DNA from: Maricaulaceae bacterium
GTDB lineage: Bacteria; Pseudomonadota; Alphaproteobacteria; Caulobacterales; Maricaulaceae
Assembly: GCA_965225705.1 (NCBI GenBank)
Contig: OZ245325.1
Span: 1,567,142-1,631,141 of the forward strand
DNA length: 64,000 nucleotides
Reading direction: 5' to 3'
Below the pieces are notes generated by a model. That model worked only from the letters and a program-made list of their open reading frames with translations. It had not been told where the DNA came from and did not search any database. Below, piece after piece: positions 1 through 13,100 of this stretch. The translations under genes and the position numbers were made by a program. Position 1 is the stretch's first letter; the number at the start of each line of letters is the position of its first letter.

Positions 1-132
1 CTTCAAAACGGTCCAAAACCCGGTTCAGCCTGACATCCAGCGTATGCATCCAAAAAACCTTATCTGTTCAAAAAAATTTACCTTATCCCACGCCATAGGT
101 AAGAACAATACACGCGTTGTTCAGGGGGAAAG

Positions 133-1527
133 CTACATAGCCTGAGGCAGAAGCACAGAAAAAACTGATCCTGTCTCAGGGGCACTTTCGACAGAGAAAC
201 CACCATGATGGCGCCTGATAATATGCTTGACAATAGCAAGGCCAAGCCCTGTTCCTTCCTGAGCACCAGACTTCTGCCCTTCTACCCTGTAAAAACGTTC
301 TGAAAGACGGGATAAATGGCGACGCTCAATACCCCGTCCTTCATCCCACACACGAAAAATACAACAGGGTTTTGGAGAAACAGGGGGAGCAAGAAGAGTA
401 AATTTAGACGACTCACCATTTAAGGGTTTTTCCGGAAAAAGCTCTGAAAATGTCCTGTTACTGTGAAGGCTGACACGGATAAGCCCGCCGTCACCATCAC
501 TATATTTAAGAGCATTTCCAAGAAGGTTTTGGAACACCTCATGCATTTGATCATGATCCGCTATAACAAACACTTCATCTCCATCACAATCAAGCTCAAT
601 CACCTGTTTTCTCTGTTCTGCAAGAGGGGTCAGCGCCGCCGCAGCCTCATGCAAAAGTGCTGCCAGATCAACCCGGGTCCGGGGGGCAATATGCTCATTA
701 AGTTCAATCCGGCTTAAAGATAAGAGATCATCAACAAGACGGCTCATCCGTTCTGTCTGCCCCTGCATCAGGTGCAAAAAGCGTGCCTGCGCGGCCTCAT
801 CTCTCCGGGCATGGCCCTGCAGGGTTTCAATAAAGCCAGAAAGTGAGGCTAAAGGTGTACGCAGTTCATGGCTGGCATTGGCCAAAAAGTCTACCCGCAT
901 ACGCTCTGTATTTCGTGTGGCCGTCTCATCGCGAAGTAGTATCATAACATGACGGACCTCCTGAGAAGACTGCTCAGAAACAGGGATGGCATAAACCTTC
1001 ATAACACGTTCTGGCATCGTGACCATGATAAAATCAAGACCTTCCTGTTTTTCTCCCTTAAAAGCTTTTTCTATAAGGTCTAAAATATCAGGATTTCTAA
1101 AAACAGAAGAAATCAGAATCCCCTGAACAACACCTTCTAAAATATCCTCCGCAGCCTTATTGGCCAAAATAAGGCGATGATCCCGGTTAAGAAGTAAAAG
1201 AGGCTGAGGGTGATGATCAAGCATCAGATGAGCATGATAAAATTTTTCCTCTCCTGGTCTCTGATCAAAGGAGTTCCTGAGAGCTTCCTGTTGAGAGGGC
1301 TGTTGACTTTGTTCTAAAAGAAGAAAGGAAGAGCCCTCCCATACCCTCCACAGAACATAAAGACAGAGAAGCCCTGTAAAAAAAATCAGAACCCCCGCCC
1401 AGGATGGCCAGGAAAAAACTTTTTTGACCACGAGGCTTAAAAAACAAAGAAGGATAAAAGCCAAAAGAAAAAAAAGGGCCGGCCTGCGAGACCATAAAGA
1501 GAACATCTGGTTTCCCCTATTTTTCAA
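133..1527 (-). CDS. phoR: Sensor histidine kinase, PhoR-like (phosphate regulon sensor)
   Basis: 464-aa ORF with N-terminal hydrophobic segments and a PAS-like middle. H-box DFLANASHELRTPL is followed by GFIETLQGHARRDEAAQARFL, and the ATPase boxes are NLLGNALKY and GTGLGLAIVKH. The family call is secure; the PhoR assignment rests on motif resemblance only. The start may be the internal Met at 1506. Confidence 0.6.
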   Translation of the reverse strand: MKNRGNQMFSLWSRRPALFFLLAFILLCFLSLVVKKVFSWPSWAGVLIFFTGLLCLYVLWRVWEGSSFLLLEQSQQPSQQEALRNSFDQRPGEEKFYHAHLMLDHHPQPLLLLNRDHRLILANKAAEDILEGVVQGILISSVFRNPDILDLIEKAFKGEKQEGLDFIMVTMPERVMKVYAIPVSEQSSQEVRHVMILLRDETATRNTERMRVDFLANASHELRTPLASLSGFIETLQGHARRDEAAQARFLHLMQGQTERMSRLVDDLLSLSRIELNEHIAPRTRVDLAALLHEAAAALTPLAEQRKQVIELDCDGDEVFVIADHDQMHEVFQNLLGNALKYSDGDGGLIRVSLHSNRTFSELFPEKPLNGESSKFTLLAPPVSPKPCCIFRVWDEGRGIERRHLSRLSERFYRVEGQKSGAQEGTGLGLAIVKHIIRRHHGGFSVESAPETGSVFSVLLPQAM

Positions 1528-1727
1528 AACTGTCTCTTACAAAACAGAGATATCAACGAAAACAGCCATTGTTACACCTAAGGGGATACGTGCAGGTTAT
1601 CCTCTCTCTCATATTAGGGACATAAACAGCATTGAAAAGAAAAATGCCTGCTCTCAACTTTGTCCTAAGAGCCATACACACGAGCTAAGTACTCTAAAAA
1701 TTAAAGATAAAGAACACTCCAGACTGA

Positions 1728-2339
1728 TTAAACACGCTTCTCATCATTTGTCTCCGGATCTTTTGTCTCTGAAAGACCTGTCCCGGCAGGATTTTTATTG
1801 AGTGCAGATGTATCCGATGAGGCATTTTCACGTACACGGCGGCGCGTCATGCGTTTACGTGGTGCCGATCGCTTTTCATCAGATGAGGAACTTTCTGGTG
1901 AATCCATGGATGGAGAAAGGATACCCTGTGTTTCAAGCTTAACAATCCCTAAAGGATTAGATTCTGTGGCGGAAGAGACTGTATTAGGAGTGCCAGAAGA
2001 GTGTTCAGAGGAAGAGATCTGGCCATTTTTTCTGTCAGGGGAGTGAGAGTCATGATTTTCTGTGACACTCCTGTCGTCCTTACCCTCCTGAACTTCCTGT
2101 TTTGGTGGGGGAGAAGAAGGCTGGTGAGCACGCACAATCCGAAAATAATGTTCTGCATGCTGGAGATGATTTTCAGATTTGACACGATTTCCTGAAGCCA
2201 GGCAATCACGGGACAATTGTATGTATTTATCATAGATCTGAGAAGCAGAGCCACGGATTTTCATATCAGGACCATTACTCTCATAAACACGTTGAGAATT
2301 TTGACCGGGTTTACGGGTGCGTCCACGTTGACGTTTCAT
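1728..2339 (-). CDS. DUF4167 domain-containing protein
   Basis: 203-aa ORF. The N-terminal NGPDMKIRGSASQIYDKYIQLSRD...ENHLQHAEHYFRIV matches the conserved DUF4167 core typical of alphaproteobacteria. The C-terminal half is Ser/Pro/Glu-rich low complexity. Confidence 0.75.
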   Translation of the reverse strand: MKRQRGRTRKPGQNSQRVYESNGPDMKIRGSASQIYDKYIQLSRDCLASGNRVKSENHLQHAEHYFRIVRAHQPSSPPPKQEVQEGKDDRSVTENHDSHSPDRKNGQISSSEHSSGTPNTVSSATESNPLGIVKLETQGILSPSMDSPESSSSDEKRSAPRKRMTRRRVRENASSDTSALNKNPAGTGLSETKDPETNDEKRV

Positions 2340-2626
2340 ACAATGTCCTCAAGATCAAAGCGCCAGCTTCCCTAAAGGGAGAGAGCGCGGGATGGTTTCT
2401 TATTTTGATAAAAAAGCGTGCCTTTTTCACACATGCGTGTGGATCATATTTTACCTTCTCACCAGAGGCAAAACGAAAGCCTTAATCTCTGTATCTTTAA
2501 GGCCTTTCTGTAAAAAGAATGGTATCAGTCTAAACCAAATACCGGAACATTCCAACCCCTTATCCCATATTTCCCCGGGTTTATGTTGTAATCATGTCAC
2601 TTTATTGACGTCTGCAGGCCATATTC

Positions 2627-3895
2627 TCATGAAGTAGCATCCTGGCGAATAATCCACCCCCCCCCTAAAAGACGGGCATGATCATCTGGCGAATCATAAA
2701 AAACACAGGCCTGGCCGGGGGCCACGCCCTCTTCAGGATGTTCAAAGTCAAGAACAAGCCCTTGTCCCCCCTTTCGAAAACAGGCAGAAACAGGGTGACG
2801 TGTTGAGCGTGTTTTAACCCAGACAGACTGACCTTCCAGCTGGGGTCCAAATGCACCTTTCCCTAACCAGTTCACCTCTTTAAGACTGAGGCTTTTGACC
2901 AGAAGGGAAGATCTGGGCCCAACAATAACACGGTGTTGTTTGACGTCCAGTTTCGTCACAAACAAAGGATCTCCCTCAGCAATCCCCAAACCACGACGCT
3001 GCCCTATTGTATACGAGATGATCCCCTTATGCTGACCAAGAACACGACCATCTTCATGAACAATCTCGCCAGGCTTTTCTGTCCCCGGACGCAGGCGGCG
3101 GATAACATCCGTATAGCGCCCCTGTGGGACAAAACAAATATCCTGACTATCAGGTTTTTCAGCAACCTGAACGCCCAGCTCACGGGCAAGTTCACGAACA
3201 CGGGCTTTAGGAAGACCTCCAAGAGGAAAACGAAGAAAATCAAGCTGATCCTGTGTGGTGGCAAACAAAAAATAAGACTGATCGCGTGTTGCATCCAAAG
3301 CACGGTGTAAACGCGCCCCATGAGGCCCCATAACACGGCGCACATAATGCCCTGTTACCAGAGCATCTACCCCCATATCATGTGCCAGTTTATAGAGATC
3401 ACGAAACTTAACGGTCTGATTACATCTGACACAGGGAATGGGCGTCTGACCAGCAAGATAGTCATCAGCAAAACTCTCTATAACCTCTTTTCTAAAAAGA
3501 CTCTCATAATCCATCACATAATGAGGAAAGCCCGCCTGTTCTGCGACCCGCCTGGCATCTTTAATATCCTGCCCTGCACAACACGTCCCTTTCTTAGCAA
3601 GAGCCTCACCATGATCATACAACTGAAGCGTGACCCCTATCACATCATATCCCGCACGGGCGAGCCAAACCGCAGCCACAGAAGAATCAACCCCCCCGGA
3701 CATAGCAACCACGACCCTTATGTCAGAAAGTGATTTTGCACCCTTTTTCATCAGGGAAGGCAGGCCCATAGCTTCATCAAGCAGGGGCTGAAGCTCAGAA
3801 AGTAAAGACGATGACAGAGGCAGGTCCCTGGTATCATGATCATAAGGTTTTTCCTCTAAATCTTCTCTCTTTTGAACCTGAAGAGCACATGTCAT
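2627..3895 (-). CDS. mnmA: tRNA 2-thiouridine(34) synthase MnmA
   Basis: 422-aa ORF with PP-loop [14 protein letters not shown], the QSYFL motif and a conserved C-terminal barrel region. The first ~45 aa look like an extension, so the true start may be an internal Met near 3769. Confidence 0.9.
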   Translation of the reverse strand: MTCALQVQKREDLEEKPYDHDTRDLPLSSSLLSELQPLLDEAMGLPSLMKKGAKSLSDIRVVVAMSGGVDSSVAAVWLARAGYDVIGVTLQLYDHGEALAKKGTCCAGQDIKDARRVAEQAGFPHYVMDYESLFRKEVIESFADDYLAGQTPIPCVRCNQTVKFRDLYKLAHDMGVDALVTGHYVRRVMGPHGARLHRALDATRDQSYFLFATTQDQLDFLRFPLGGLPKARVRELARELGVQVAEKPDSQDICFVPQGRYTDVIRRLRPGTEKPGEIVHEDGRVLGQHKGIISYTIGQRRGLGIAEGDPLFVTKLDVKQHRVIVGPRSSLLVKSLSLKEVNWLGKGAFGPQLEGQSVWVKTRSTRHPVSACFRKGGQGLVLDFEHPEEGVAPGQACVFYDSPDDHARLLGGGWIIRQDATS

Positions 3896-3957
3896 GGAAG
3901 CTGTCTCGTCTTTTGCTTTATTTTTAAAGATAGGGCCAAATCTTTCATAAGAAAGTT

Positions 3958-4593
3958 TCAGGGTAAACTGTCTTTAGTCTTCTTTATCTTTGAACGCAAA
4001 TCTGATGAAGAGAGAGCCTTTAGAGGCGCTGTCAGATAAAGCCAGACGGGAGGTTTATAACGTGCCAGACTTCCTGCCTGAACACCTGGCAAACGGTGGT
4101 GGGCAAAAACCTGTGTATATCGCCCAAGGCGCGCCCGCACAGCATATCCCGGAGGGTAAAGAAGACCCGGGCGCCCGACAACAACCACAGGTATTATACG
4201 TACAAGACTCTGCCATGCGCGCCAGTGATGAAAACCATGCAGGCTATCTGAACCCATAATCCAGACAAAACATACACCGGGATAACAGATGCGCAATTTT
4301 CGTACCGTATCAAAAGTATAAACAGTTTTCAACTGGTGCTCTGCCATGCTTGCTTTCATACGATATGAGGAGGTGAGGGCATGAACTGCGGCTAGGCGCT
4401 CCTGATAAGGGCGGTTGGTGTGACGCTCTTTCAAAGGGTTTTGTGGACTGACAAGCCACCAGACAGCATCAAGGCCCAGACGTTTTAAAACCGTATCTGC
4501 GACATGCTTATGCCCCTGATGAGGCGGGTTGAAAGACCCCCCCATAAGACCAATGCACTGACCCCGGGAGGCCATATTTTTCTTTAACAGCAT
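3958..4593 (-). CDS. nadD: Nicotinate-nucleotide adenylyltransferase NadD
   Basis: 211-aa ORF with the nucleotidyltransferase motif [14 protein letters not shown]. It sits downstream of proA, as is usual in alphaproteobacteria. Confidence 0.85.
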   Translation of the reverse strand: MLLKKNMASRGQCIGLMGGSFNPPHQGHKHVADTVLKRLGLDAVWWLVSPQNPLKERHTNRPYQERLAAVHALTSSYRMKASMAEHQLKTVYTFDTVRKLRICYPGVCFVWIMGSDSLHGFHHWRAWQSLVRIIPVVVVGRPGLLYPPGYAVRARLGRYTQVFAHHRLPGVQAGSLARYKPPVWLYLTAPLKALSSSDLRSKIKKTKDSLP

Positions 4594-4600
4594 AAAGATA

Positions 4601-5848
4601 TTATGGGCGTGTCTGCCCTGTCCCCCTCACCTCATAATGATAACTGGTTAAATGTCTGGCCCCTATGGGACCACGGGGACCAAATCGCCCTGTTGCAATG
4701 CCTATCTCGCCACCAAAGCCAAACTCCCCTCCGTCTGAAAATGCTGTCGAGGCATTATGCAGGACAACAGCACTGTCAACACGGCGTAAAAAGTCCTCAG
4801 CAATCTGTGGATCCTCAGCGACAATCGCATCCGTATGTCCTGATCCATAAAGACTGATATGTTCTAACGCCTCTTCAGGTCCATCAACTGTACGGACGCT
4901 CAGAACAGCATCGAGATACTCATGCCCCCAGTCCCCGGGGCCTGCAGGCCGGACAGAAGCATGAAGTCCCTGGATGATCTCATCACCACGGACCTCGCAC
5001 CCTGCCTCAATCAGGCTTTTGATCAGATCCTTTCCCTCTTGTTGTGCATAAACCCTGTCCATCAAAAGACATTCAAGGGCATTACAAACACCCGTACGCC
5101 GCATTTTTGCATTCAGAACAAGGGCGTGAGCCTGTTCAGGGTTAGCAGACTGATGCACATATATGTGACAGACACCATCAAGATGGCTCAGCACAGGAAT
5201 GCGTGCTTTCTGACGCACCACTTCAATCAGCCCCTTCCCCCCACGGGGGATAAGGAGATCAACTGTCCCGCCCAGACCTTCCATAAGCTGCTCTGCTGCT
5301 TTGCGATCAGGCGTTGGGACATAGTGAAGACATCCTTTTGGCAAACCAGCACGCTGCACACCCTGAGACAGGGCGAGATAGAGGTTCTGACATGTCTCAA
5401 AAGCAGCCTGACCACTGCGTAAAATGATGGCATTGCCAGAGCGTATGGCAAGGCCCGCGGCTTCTGCTGTCACATTAGGTCGACTTTCATAAATAACAGC
5501 CAAAACCCCTATGGGGCCGGTGACCTGATGAATCCGGAGACCATTGGGACGTTCCCATTGCGCCAGCACCTCACCTAAAGGATCTGGTTGTGCAGCAATT
5601 GCATGCAGACTATCGGCCATGGCCTGAAGACGCTGCTCATCCAAAAAGAGCCTGTCTAAAAAAGCAGGACTGGCTTTGTTGTCCTGTGCTTTTTTCATAT
5701 CACGCTGATTGGCCTTAAGAATCACATGCGCATTCTCAGGTAAGGCATGTCCCATGGCATTAATCGCCTGGCTACGCTGTTTTGCATCAAGCCCTGCCAG
5801 AATTGTTGCAGACTTACGGGCCTCCTGCCCTAATTCCATCATCATCAC
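4601..5848 (-). CDS. proA: Glutamate-5-semialdehyde dehydrogenase ProA
   Basis: 415-aa ORF with aldehyde dehydrogenase-type motifs (VIYESRPNVT, RRTGVCNALECLL, GHTDAIV). It lies immediately downstream of proB. Confidence 0.92.
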   Translation of the reverse strand: MMMMELGQEARKSATILAGLDAKQRSQAINAMGHALPENAHVILKANQRDMKKAQDNKASPAFLDRLFLDEQRLQAMADSLHAIAAQPDPLGEVLAQWERPNGLRIHQVTGPIGVLAVIYESRPNVTAEAAGLAIRSGNAIILRSGQAAFETCQNLYLALSQGVQRAGLPKGCLHYVPTPDRKAAEQLMEGLGGTVDLLIPRGGKGLIEVVRQKARIPVLSHLDGVCHIYVHQSANPEQAHALVLNAKMRRTGVCNALECLLMDRVYAQQEGKDLIKSLIEAGCEVRGDEIIQGLHASVRPAGPGDWGHEYLDAVLSVRTVDGPEEALEHISLYGSGHTDAIVAEDPQIAEDFLRRVDSAVVLHNASTAFSDGGEFGFGGEIGIATGRFGPRGPIGARHLTSYHYEVRGTGQTRP

Positions 5849-5855
5849 ACATGCC

Positions 5856-8035
<2,180 letters not shown>

Positions 8036-8131
8036 TCATCAACAGGAAAACCATCACAGGTTTTTCATAGAGTATAACACCCGTTTCCTTCACAAGACAG
8101 GTGTTTTTATAGCCTTATACAGCCTTTTCTC

Positions 8132-8208
8132 TGGCGTCCCCGACAGGAGTCGAACCTGTGACCTGCTGCTTAGGAGGCAGCCGCTCTATCCATCTGAGCT
8201 ACGGGGAC
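8132..8208 (-). tRNA. tRNA-Arg (anticodon CCT)
   Basis: The reverse complement folds by hand into a 77-nt cloverleaf. Acceptor GTCCCCG/CGGGGAC, D arm GCTC..GAGC, anticodon stem GCTGC/GCAGC with loop CTCCTAA, T arm ACAGG-TTCGACT-CCTGT, and an encoded CCA. Confidence 0.93.
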
Positions 8209-8239
8209 AGAGAAAAATGTCTATACTCTGGCTTAACCC

Positions 8240-9325
8240 TCAGCTGAGACCTGTCGCTAAATTAGGCATAGAGAAAGGTTTGAAACCATAATGGGCAAGC
8301 CAGAGAGGATCCCCTGCAAAAAATGCACGCAAATCCGGGGCACCATATTTAAGCATGGCCAGACGATCAATCCCCATCCCAAAGGCAAAACCCTGATAAC
8401 GTGAAGGATCAAGACCACAGGCCTCCAGCACATGGGGATGGACCATACCACAGCCCAGGATCTCCATCCAGGATCCCCCCTGCCCGATATGCAGACTATC
8501 CCCTTTTTGCTGATAGCCTATATCCATTTCCGCAGAAGGTTCTGTGAACGGAAAATAATGAGGACGAAAACGTGTTTTGACCTCACATTCAAAAAAAGCA
8601 CTGATAAAATCCTGCAAACAGCCCTTCAAATGGCCCATATGAATATTTTCTTCGACGACAAGGCCTTCAAGCTGATGAAACATAGGCGTATGTGTACGAT
8701 CCCAGTCACGGCGATAAACACGCCCGGGGGCTATAATACGCAAAGGAGGTTTTTGAGTTTGCAAAGTTCGAATTTGTACGGGGCTTGTATGTGTACGCAG
8801 AAGCCTTATGTCTTCCCCTTCTGATGTTTTCAGAAAAAAGGTATCCTGCTCATGACGTGCAGGGTGATCAGGGGGGAAATTAAGGGCAGTAAAATTATGG
8901 AAATCATCTTCAATATCCGGACCCTCAGCAAGATGAAACCCCATGGCCGCAAAAATTGCCATAGCTTCCTCTAAAACCTGGGAGACAGGATGGACACGCC
9001 CCTTGTGTTCAGGCAGGGCTGGCAAGGATGCATCCTGATATTCTTCCTTCAGTCTTTTTTCGAGAAGAGCAGCCTGAAAAGCCTGTTTGCGCTGGAGGAT
9101 ACTCTGCGTAAGGGCCTGCTTGACGAGATTGAGGGTTGCACCGCGGGTTTTTCTATCCTCCGGGGGAAGCGTGCCAAGCTCACGCATCATAAGAGAGATT
9201 CTCCCCTTCTTCCCCAACGCCTCCAAACGAAGGGCTTCAAGCTCTGCTTCTGTTTCAGCTTTCTCTATCGCTTTTATAAAATCAGCCTGCAGAGGGGCCA
9301 GATCCTCCATAAAGACCTCCTTCAA
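8240..9325 (-). CDS. pheS: Phenylalanine--tRNA ligase alpha subunit PheS
   Basis: 361-aa ORF with class II aaRS motifs (HPARHEQDTFF, RTHTSPVQIR, FRPHYFPFTEPSAEMD, GFAFGMGIDRLAML). The likely start is the MEDLAPL Met at 9310. Confidence 0.93.
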   Translation of the reverse strand: MKEVFMEDLAPLQADFIKAIEKAETEAELEALRLEALGKKGRISLMMRELGTLPPEDRKTRGATLNLVKQALTQSILQRKQAFQAALLEKRLKEEYQDASLPALPEHKGRVHPVSQVLEEAMAIFAAMGFHLAEGPDIEDDFHNFTALNFPPDHPARHEQDTFFLKTSEGEDIRLLRTHTSPVQIRTLQTQKPPLRIIAPGRVYRRDWDRTHTPMFHQLEGLVVEENIHMGHLKGCLQDFISAFFECEVKTRFRPHYFPFTEPSAEMDIGYQQKGDSLHIGQGGSWMEILGCGMVHPHVLEACGLDPSRYQGFAFGMGIDRLAMLKYGAPDLRAFFAGDPLWLAHYGFKPFSMPNLATGLS

Positions 9326-9368
9326 GAGAAAAAAGTATCAATGGCCACAGAAGAAAAGCCTTCCCACT

Positions 9369-9725
9369 TCAGGCAAGGGCGCTTTTAGCTTTTTCAACCA
9401 AAACCTTAAAAGCCTCTGGCTCTTTGACAGCAAGATCAGCCATGACTTTACGATCGACGCCAAGTCCTGCACGGTGGAGGCCATGGATAAGGCGGGCATA
9501 GGTGAGACCATGTAAACGGGCCGCAGCGTTCAGACGCTGAATCCACAATGCACGGAACTGGCGTTTTTTAAGCTTGCGACCGATATAAGCATATTGTCCT
9601 GCCTTCTCAACAGCCTGATTAGCAGCACGAAATGTATTTTTGCGACGGCCATAATAGCCTTTGGCTTTTTTAAGTACCTTTTTGTGACGGGCGTGGGCGG
9701 TGACGCCTCTTTTAACACGAGCCAT
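9369..9725 (-). CDS. rplT: 50S ribosomal protein L20
   Basis: 118-aa ORF beginning [29 protein letters not shown], the canonical L20 N-terminus. Confidence 0.97.
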   Translation of the reverse strand: MARVKRGVTAHARHKKVLKKAKGYYGRRKNTFRAANQAVEKAGQYAYIGRKLKKRQFRALWIQRLNAAARLHGLTYARLIHGLHRAGLGVDRKVMADLAVKEPEAFKVLVEKAKSALA

Positions 9726-9782
9726 GGAAAACTCCTCAATACGATTAGGCCGAGATAAAAAACTTGTTCAAATCAGGATATT

Positions 9783-9980
9783 TTAACTGTAAGGCAGAAA
9801 TTGCTTAACAATTTTTGCATCCTGAGGCGCAAGAACAGCCATACCGCGTTTGTTACGAATTTGTTTGGGTGTTCGTTTGATCATACCATGGCGTTTGCCA
9901 GCATACTGGGCCTTAACTTTACCAGACCCCGTCACTTTAAAGCGCTTTTTTGCGCCGGATTTTGTTTTCATTTTTGGCAT
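9783..9980 (-). CDS. rpmI: 50S ribosomal protein L35
   Basis: [23 protein letters not shown] is the canonical L35 start. The 82-aa track ORF extends 17 codons upstream of this Met, so I trimmed it to the 65-aa form. Confidence 0.93.
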   Translation of the reverse strand: MPKMKTKSGAKKRFKVTGSGKVKAQYAGKRHGMIKRTPKQIRNKRGMAVLAPQDAKIVKQFLPYS

Positions 9981-10134
9981 TTTGCTCTCCTTAAACTGAG
10001 GTTTATATTCCCTGAACGGGACAAGCTTCATGAACCAGCAGGCATGCCGAAAAGGCCTGTATGGTCCGAAAAAGACGCACTATACACGCCATAGAGGGAA
10101 AAACAAGGGCTACAAAAGAAAAGATAATATATTT

Positions 10135-13100
10135 TCAGGGGTTTTGTTCCTGTGTCCCACCGTGAGAGGTTTTTTGATCTCCTGGCCTTTGTTCTAAAGA
10201 GCGTTTCTGGTCTTTGGGCAGAGCGTTTGGAGAAGACTCCCTGGCAGGGGTGCTCTCCGTATGCTCCGGAAGAGGAGACACATCCTTATAAGCCCTGTCA
10301 AGAGAGCGTTGTCCCTCAAAAAATCGTCTCAAAATACCCGGAGCAAAGGCAGAAAGTGGATTTACAAAAACCCGGGGATTCTTAAAAGGCCCCTCAACAG
10401 AATAGGTTAAACCTAAAACCCCTTCCCCCTTTCTGGAAACAAAGGCGTCTCCAAGCAGGGGAATATGTCCCAAAAAAGAATTCAATGTATAAGACGGTAT
10501 AATAACGCCATCAAGATCAAGTTTTTTTTTGTTATAATTAATAAATCCTGAAACTGTTATCCCCATAGCCGATCCTGAAACTTCGGTTTTTCTGATAAGA
10601 ATCTGCTGCTTAGAGAGGGTGAAAGAAGATTCCAGTTTCTCAAATTTAATACCCTCGCCTGTCAGAGTATCTCCGAGCCCTTTTAACGAAGCCAGAGAAA
10701 GAAGTTGTGCAAGGACAGGCGCATCTTTCACAGTAAAGTCTTTCAGTGTCAAAGCCCCCATGCCAGGCTCACCTTCAGAAAAGGGCAAAAAACCCTGGAG
10801 GTGAAAAGCCCCTCCATCAAAAATACGGCGCCCGGAAAAAATACGGAGGATGAGGCCGGCATCCCCACCCCGTGCATAAAAATCTCTTCCTCCCTTTTCC
10901 TGAGACATTAGTCTGAAAACAAGAGGCATTTTTTGACCATGGGATTCAATATCAATATACTCAAAAATCTTTTCTTTATATCTTAGATCAAAAGAAAGGT
11001 TATCTAAAAACTCCGAATCAGTTACGCGAAAACGTTCAAGTGACCCTGAAAGGTTGAAAGCCGCAGAAGACAGGGCAGATTTTTTTTTCTCTAAAAGAGA
11101 GGTTATCAGCTTACGCCCATCCCAATAACGCCCCTTAACATACGCAAACAGGGTTTCACCGCGCTTCTCACCTTCCAAAGAGAGATCGGCAAAAGAACCC
11201 AGACGAAATACAGGTATTTTTATCTCTTTGAGCTGGCCAGAAACTCCGAAACGGAGCAGCCCTTTTAAACGTAACCCTTTTGCTTCAGCAGTGATATCCT
11301 TTATTTCATAGCTACCATCAGGATGATGCCTCCAGGTCAGGTGAGCCTGTCCCACCTGCCCTTCTTCTTTTTTCCAGTCCTCAAATGCTAAAACGGAAGG
11401 TGTGAGATCAAGCTTTATCTGAGCGCCTGTCATGGTAAAACCCTGGCCTTCTCCCTCGATAAAAGCCCTGACATAACCATCAGAAAAAACAGAAGATTTG
11501 AAAGCAAAAACATCAAGAATAGTTTTATCAAACTGCGAAGACAAGCGGAAACGAGATGGGGTGTTCCCATCATCCTGCAGGGCAATATCTACATCAAACT
11601 CTGAAGGAAAGGCCCCAATCTGGCCATGCCCCTGTGCCATAACCCGTCCATTTTTAAGAGAAAAATCAAGATCTGCTTTTGAAAGAGGAAGCTCTTTGAT
11701 TTGCCCCGGTGCAGAAAACCCCTGAAAGCTCCCCTTCATTTCATAGCGTATTTTTTCTTCAGGAATAACGTTCAACACAGGGAAAAAGAGACTAAAGTCA
11801 AAACTCCCCGTTCCTTTAAAGTCTTCAGGGCTCTGCTTGCTTTGAGAAAGAAGAGAAAGGGGTTCTGTGTCAAGAAAAGCAAAAAAATCCTGAACCTTCC
11901 CTTCAATATGGGCAGATACTTCTGCTTCAGCCTGTCTGTTACTAAAGTCCGGAAGGATAACGCGCCCCTCTGTAACCTTCCCCCCTGCAAGGCGGCCCTT
12001 ATCAACCTCAAGGGTAAAACTATTCCCTTTAAGTTCTGCACGGCCACGGGCCTCTTCAAGAGGGGCCATGGGTTTAAGATAACGCACATAGCCCTTATCA
12101 AACTCAAAAGACAAAGACAGGGCCTTATCCGGAAGGGGATGATACCAGTTCTCAGCCTTAATATCCATATCCAGATGGGCACCATAGGCATCTGCCTCAA
12201 GAACAGAGTGTTGAACCCAGTTACGCGCCGCATCATCAAGCCCAAAAGGCCAGTGGTCCAAAACCGTCTGCACAGAAGCACGCCCTGTAACAGGTCCGGA
12301 AAGACGTATATCCGGTAAGACCTTTCCATCCTCCCGTGTCTGCAACTGAACACGGCCTTCAAATTTTCCCTCCACCCCTTTGGTCTGAGCTTCCAGATTT
12401 TCAAAAATGAGAGATGTGTTGAGGACATCAGCATAGCCACGCGCTTTCACATAGTCAGCTTCAAGAGCCTTCTCAAACATGCCATCAAACACTAACCTTA
12501 TCTTTTCTAAATCGATGTCATACCCCATAGGGTGACGAAAAGGAGAATCCAGGAAATCCCCTATGTCCCACACGCGTCCTTTGCCCTGAAAAGAAAGAGT
12601 CTCTGTATTGAGGAAAGCCTCTGCAAACATGATGGAACCCGTCTCTGGCTCATAATAAGCTTTGCCCCCGGCACCAGAAAAAAGGCGGGGAGAATTTTCA
12701 TCAAAAATAAGATATCCAGGCTTTACATCAAAAGAAAAGTCTGCAGCTAACAACCCACGCCCACGTACGGCATTCACAGATACAGAAGCATTAACAGGTG
12801 CATCAAGGGATTTTAACCATGACCATTTTTGTCCGGAATCGGGCATAAATATGCGTGGACTGGCACCTTCAATATAAGACTCCACATAAAGACTCTGAAG
12901 ATCCGGGCCAATACGGGTTTTAAGAGAAAAAGGTGCGCTTTGATCAAAACCAGGATGTTTGAGAAACCCCTGAAACCCTGCCTCTGATGCATCCCGGCCA
13001 CGTTCATACGTCATCACAGCATCCCCAACCAACCAGTCAAGGCCTGTCACCTCATCTTTTATATAGATAATGGCGTTTGACATTTTCAAAATCTTAAGAC

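Noticed and set aside
1-49. Possible 5' end of a minus-strand gene. An ATG at 49 reads MHTLDVRLNRVLDRFE, which is faintly reminiscent of alphaproteobacterial RF1 N-termini.
   Set aside because: Only 16 codons are visible before the window edge. That is too short to support a feature or a product call.
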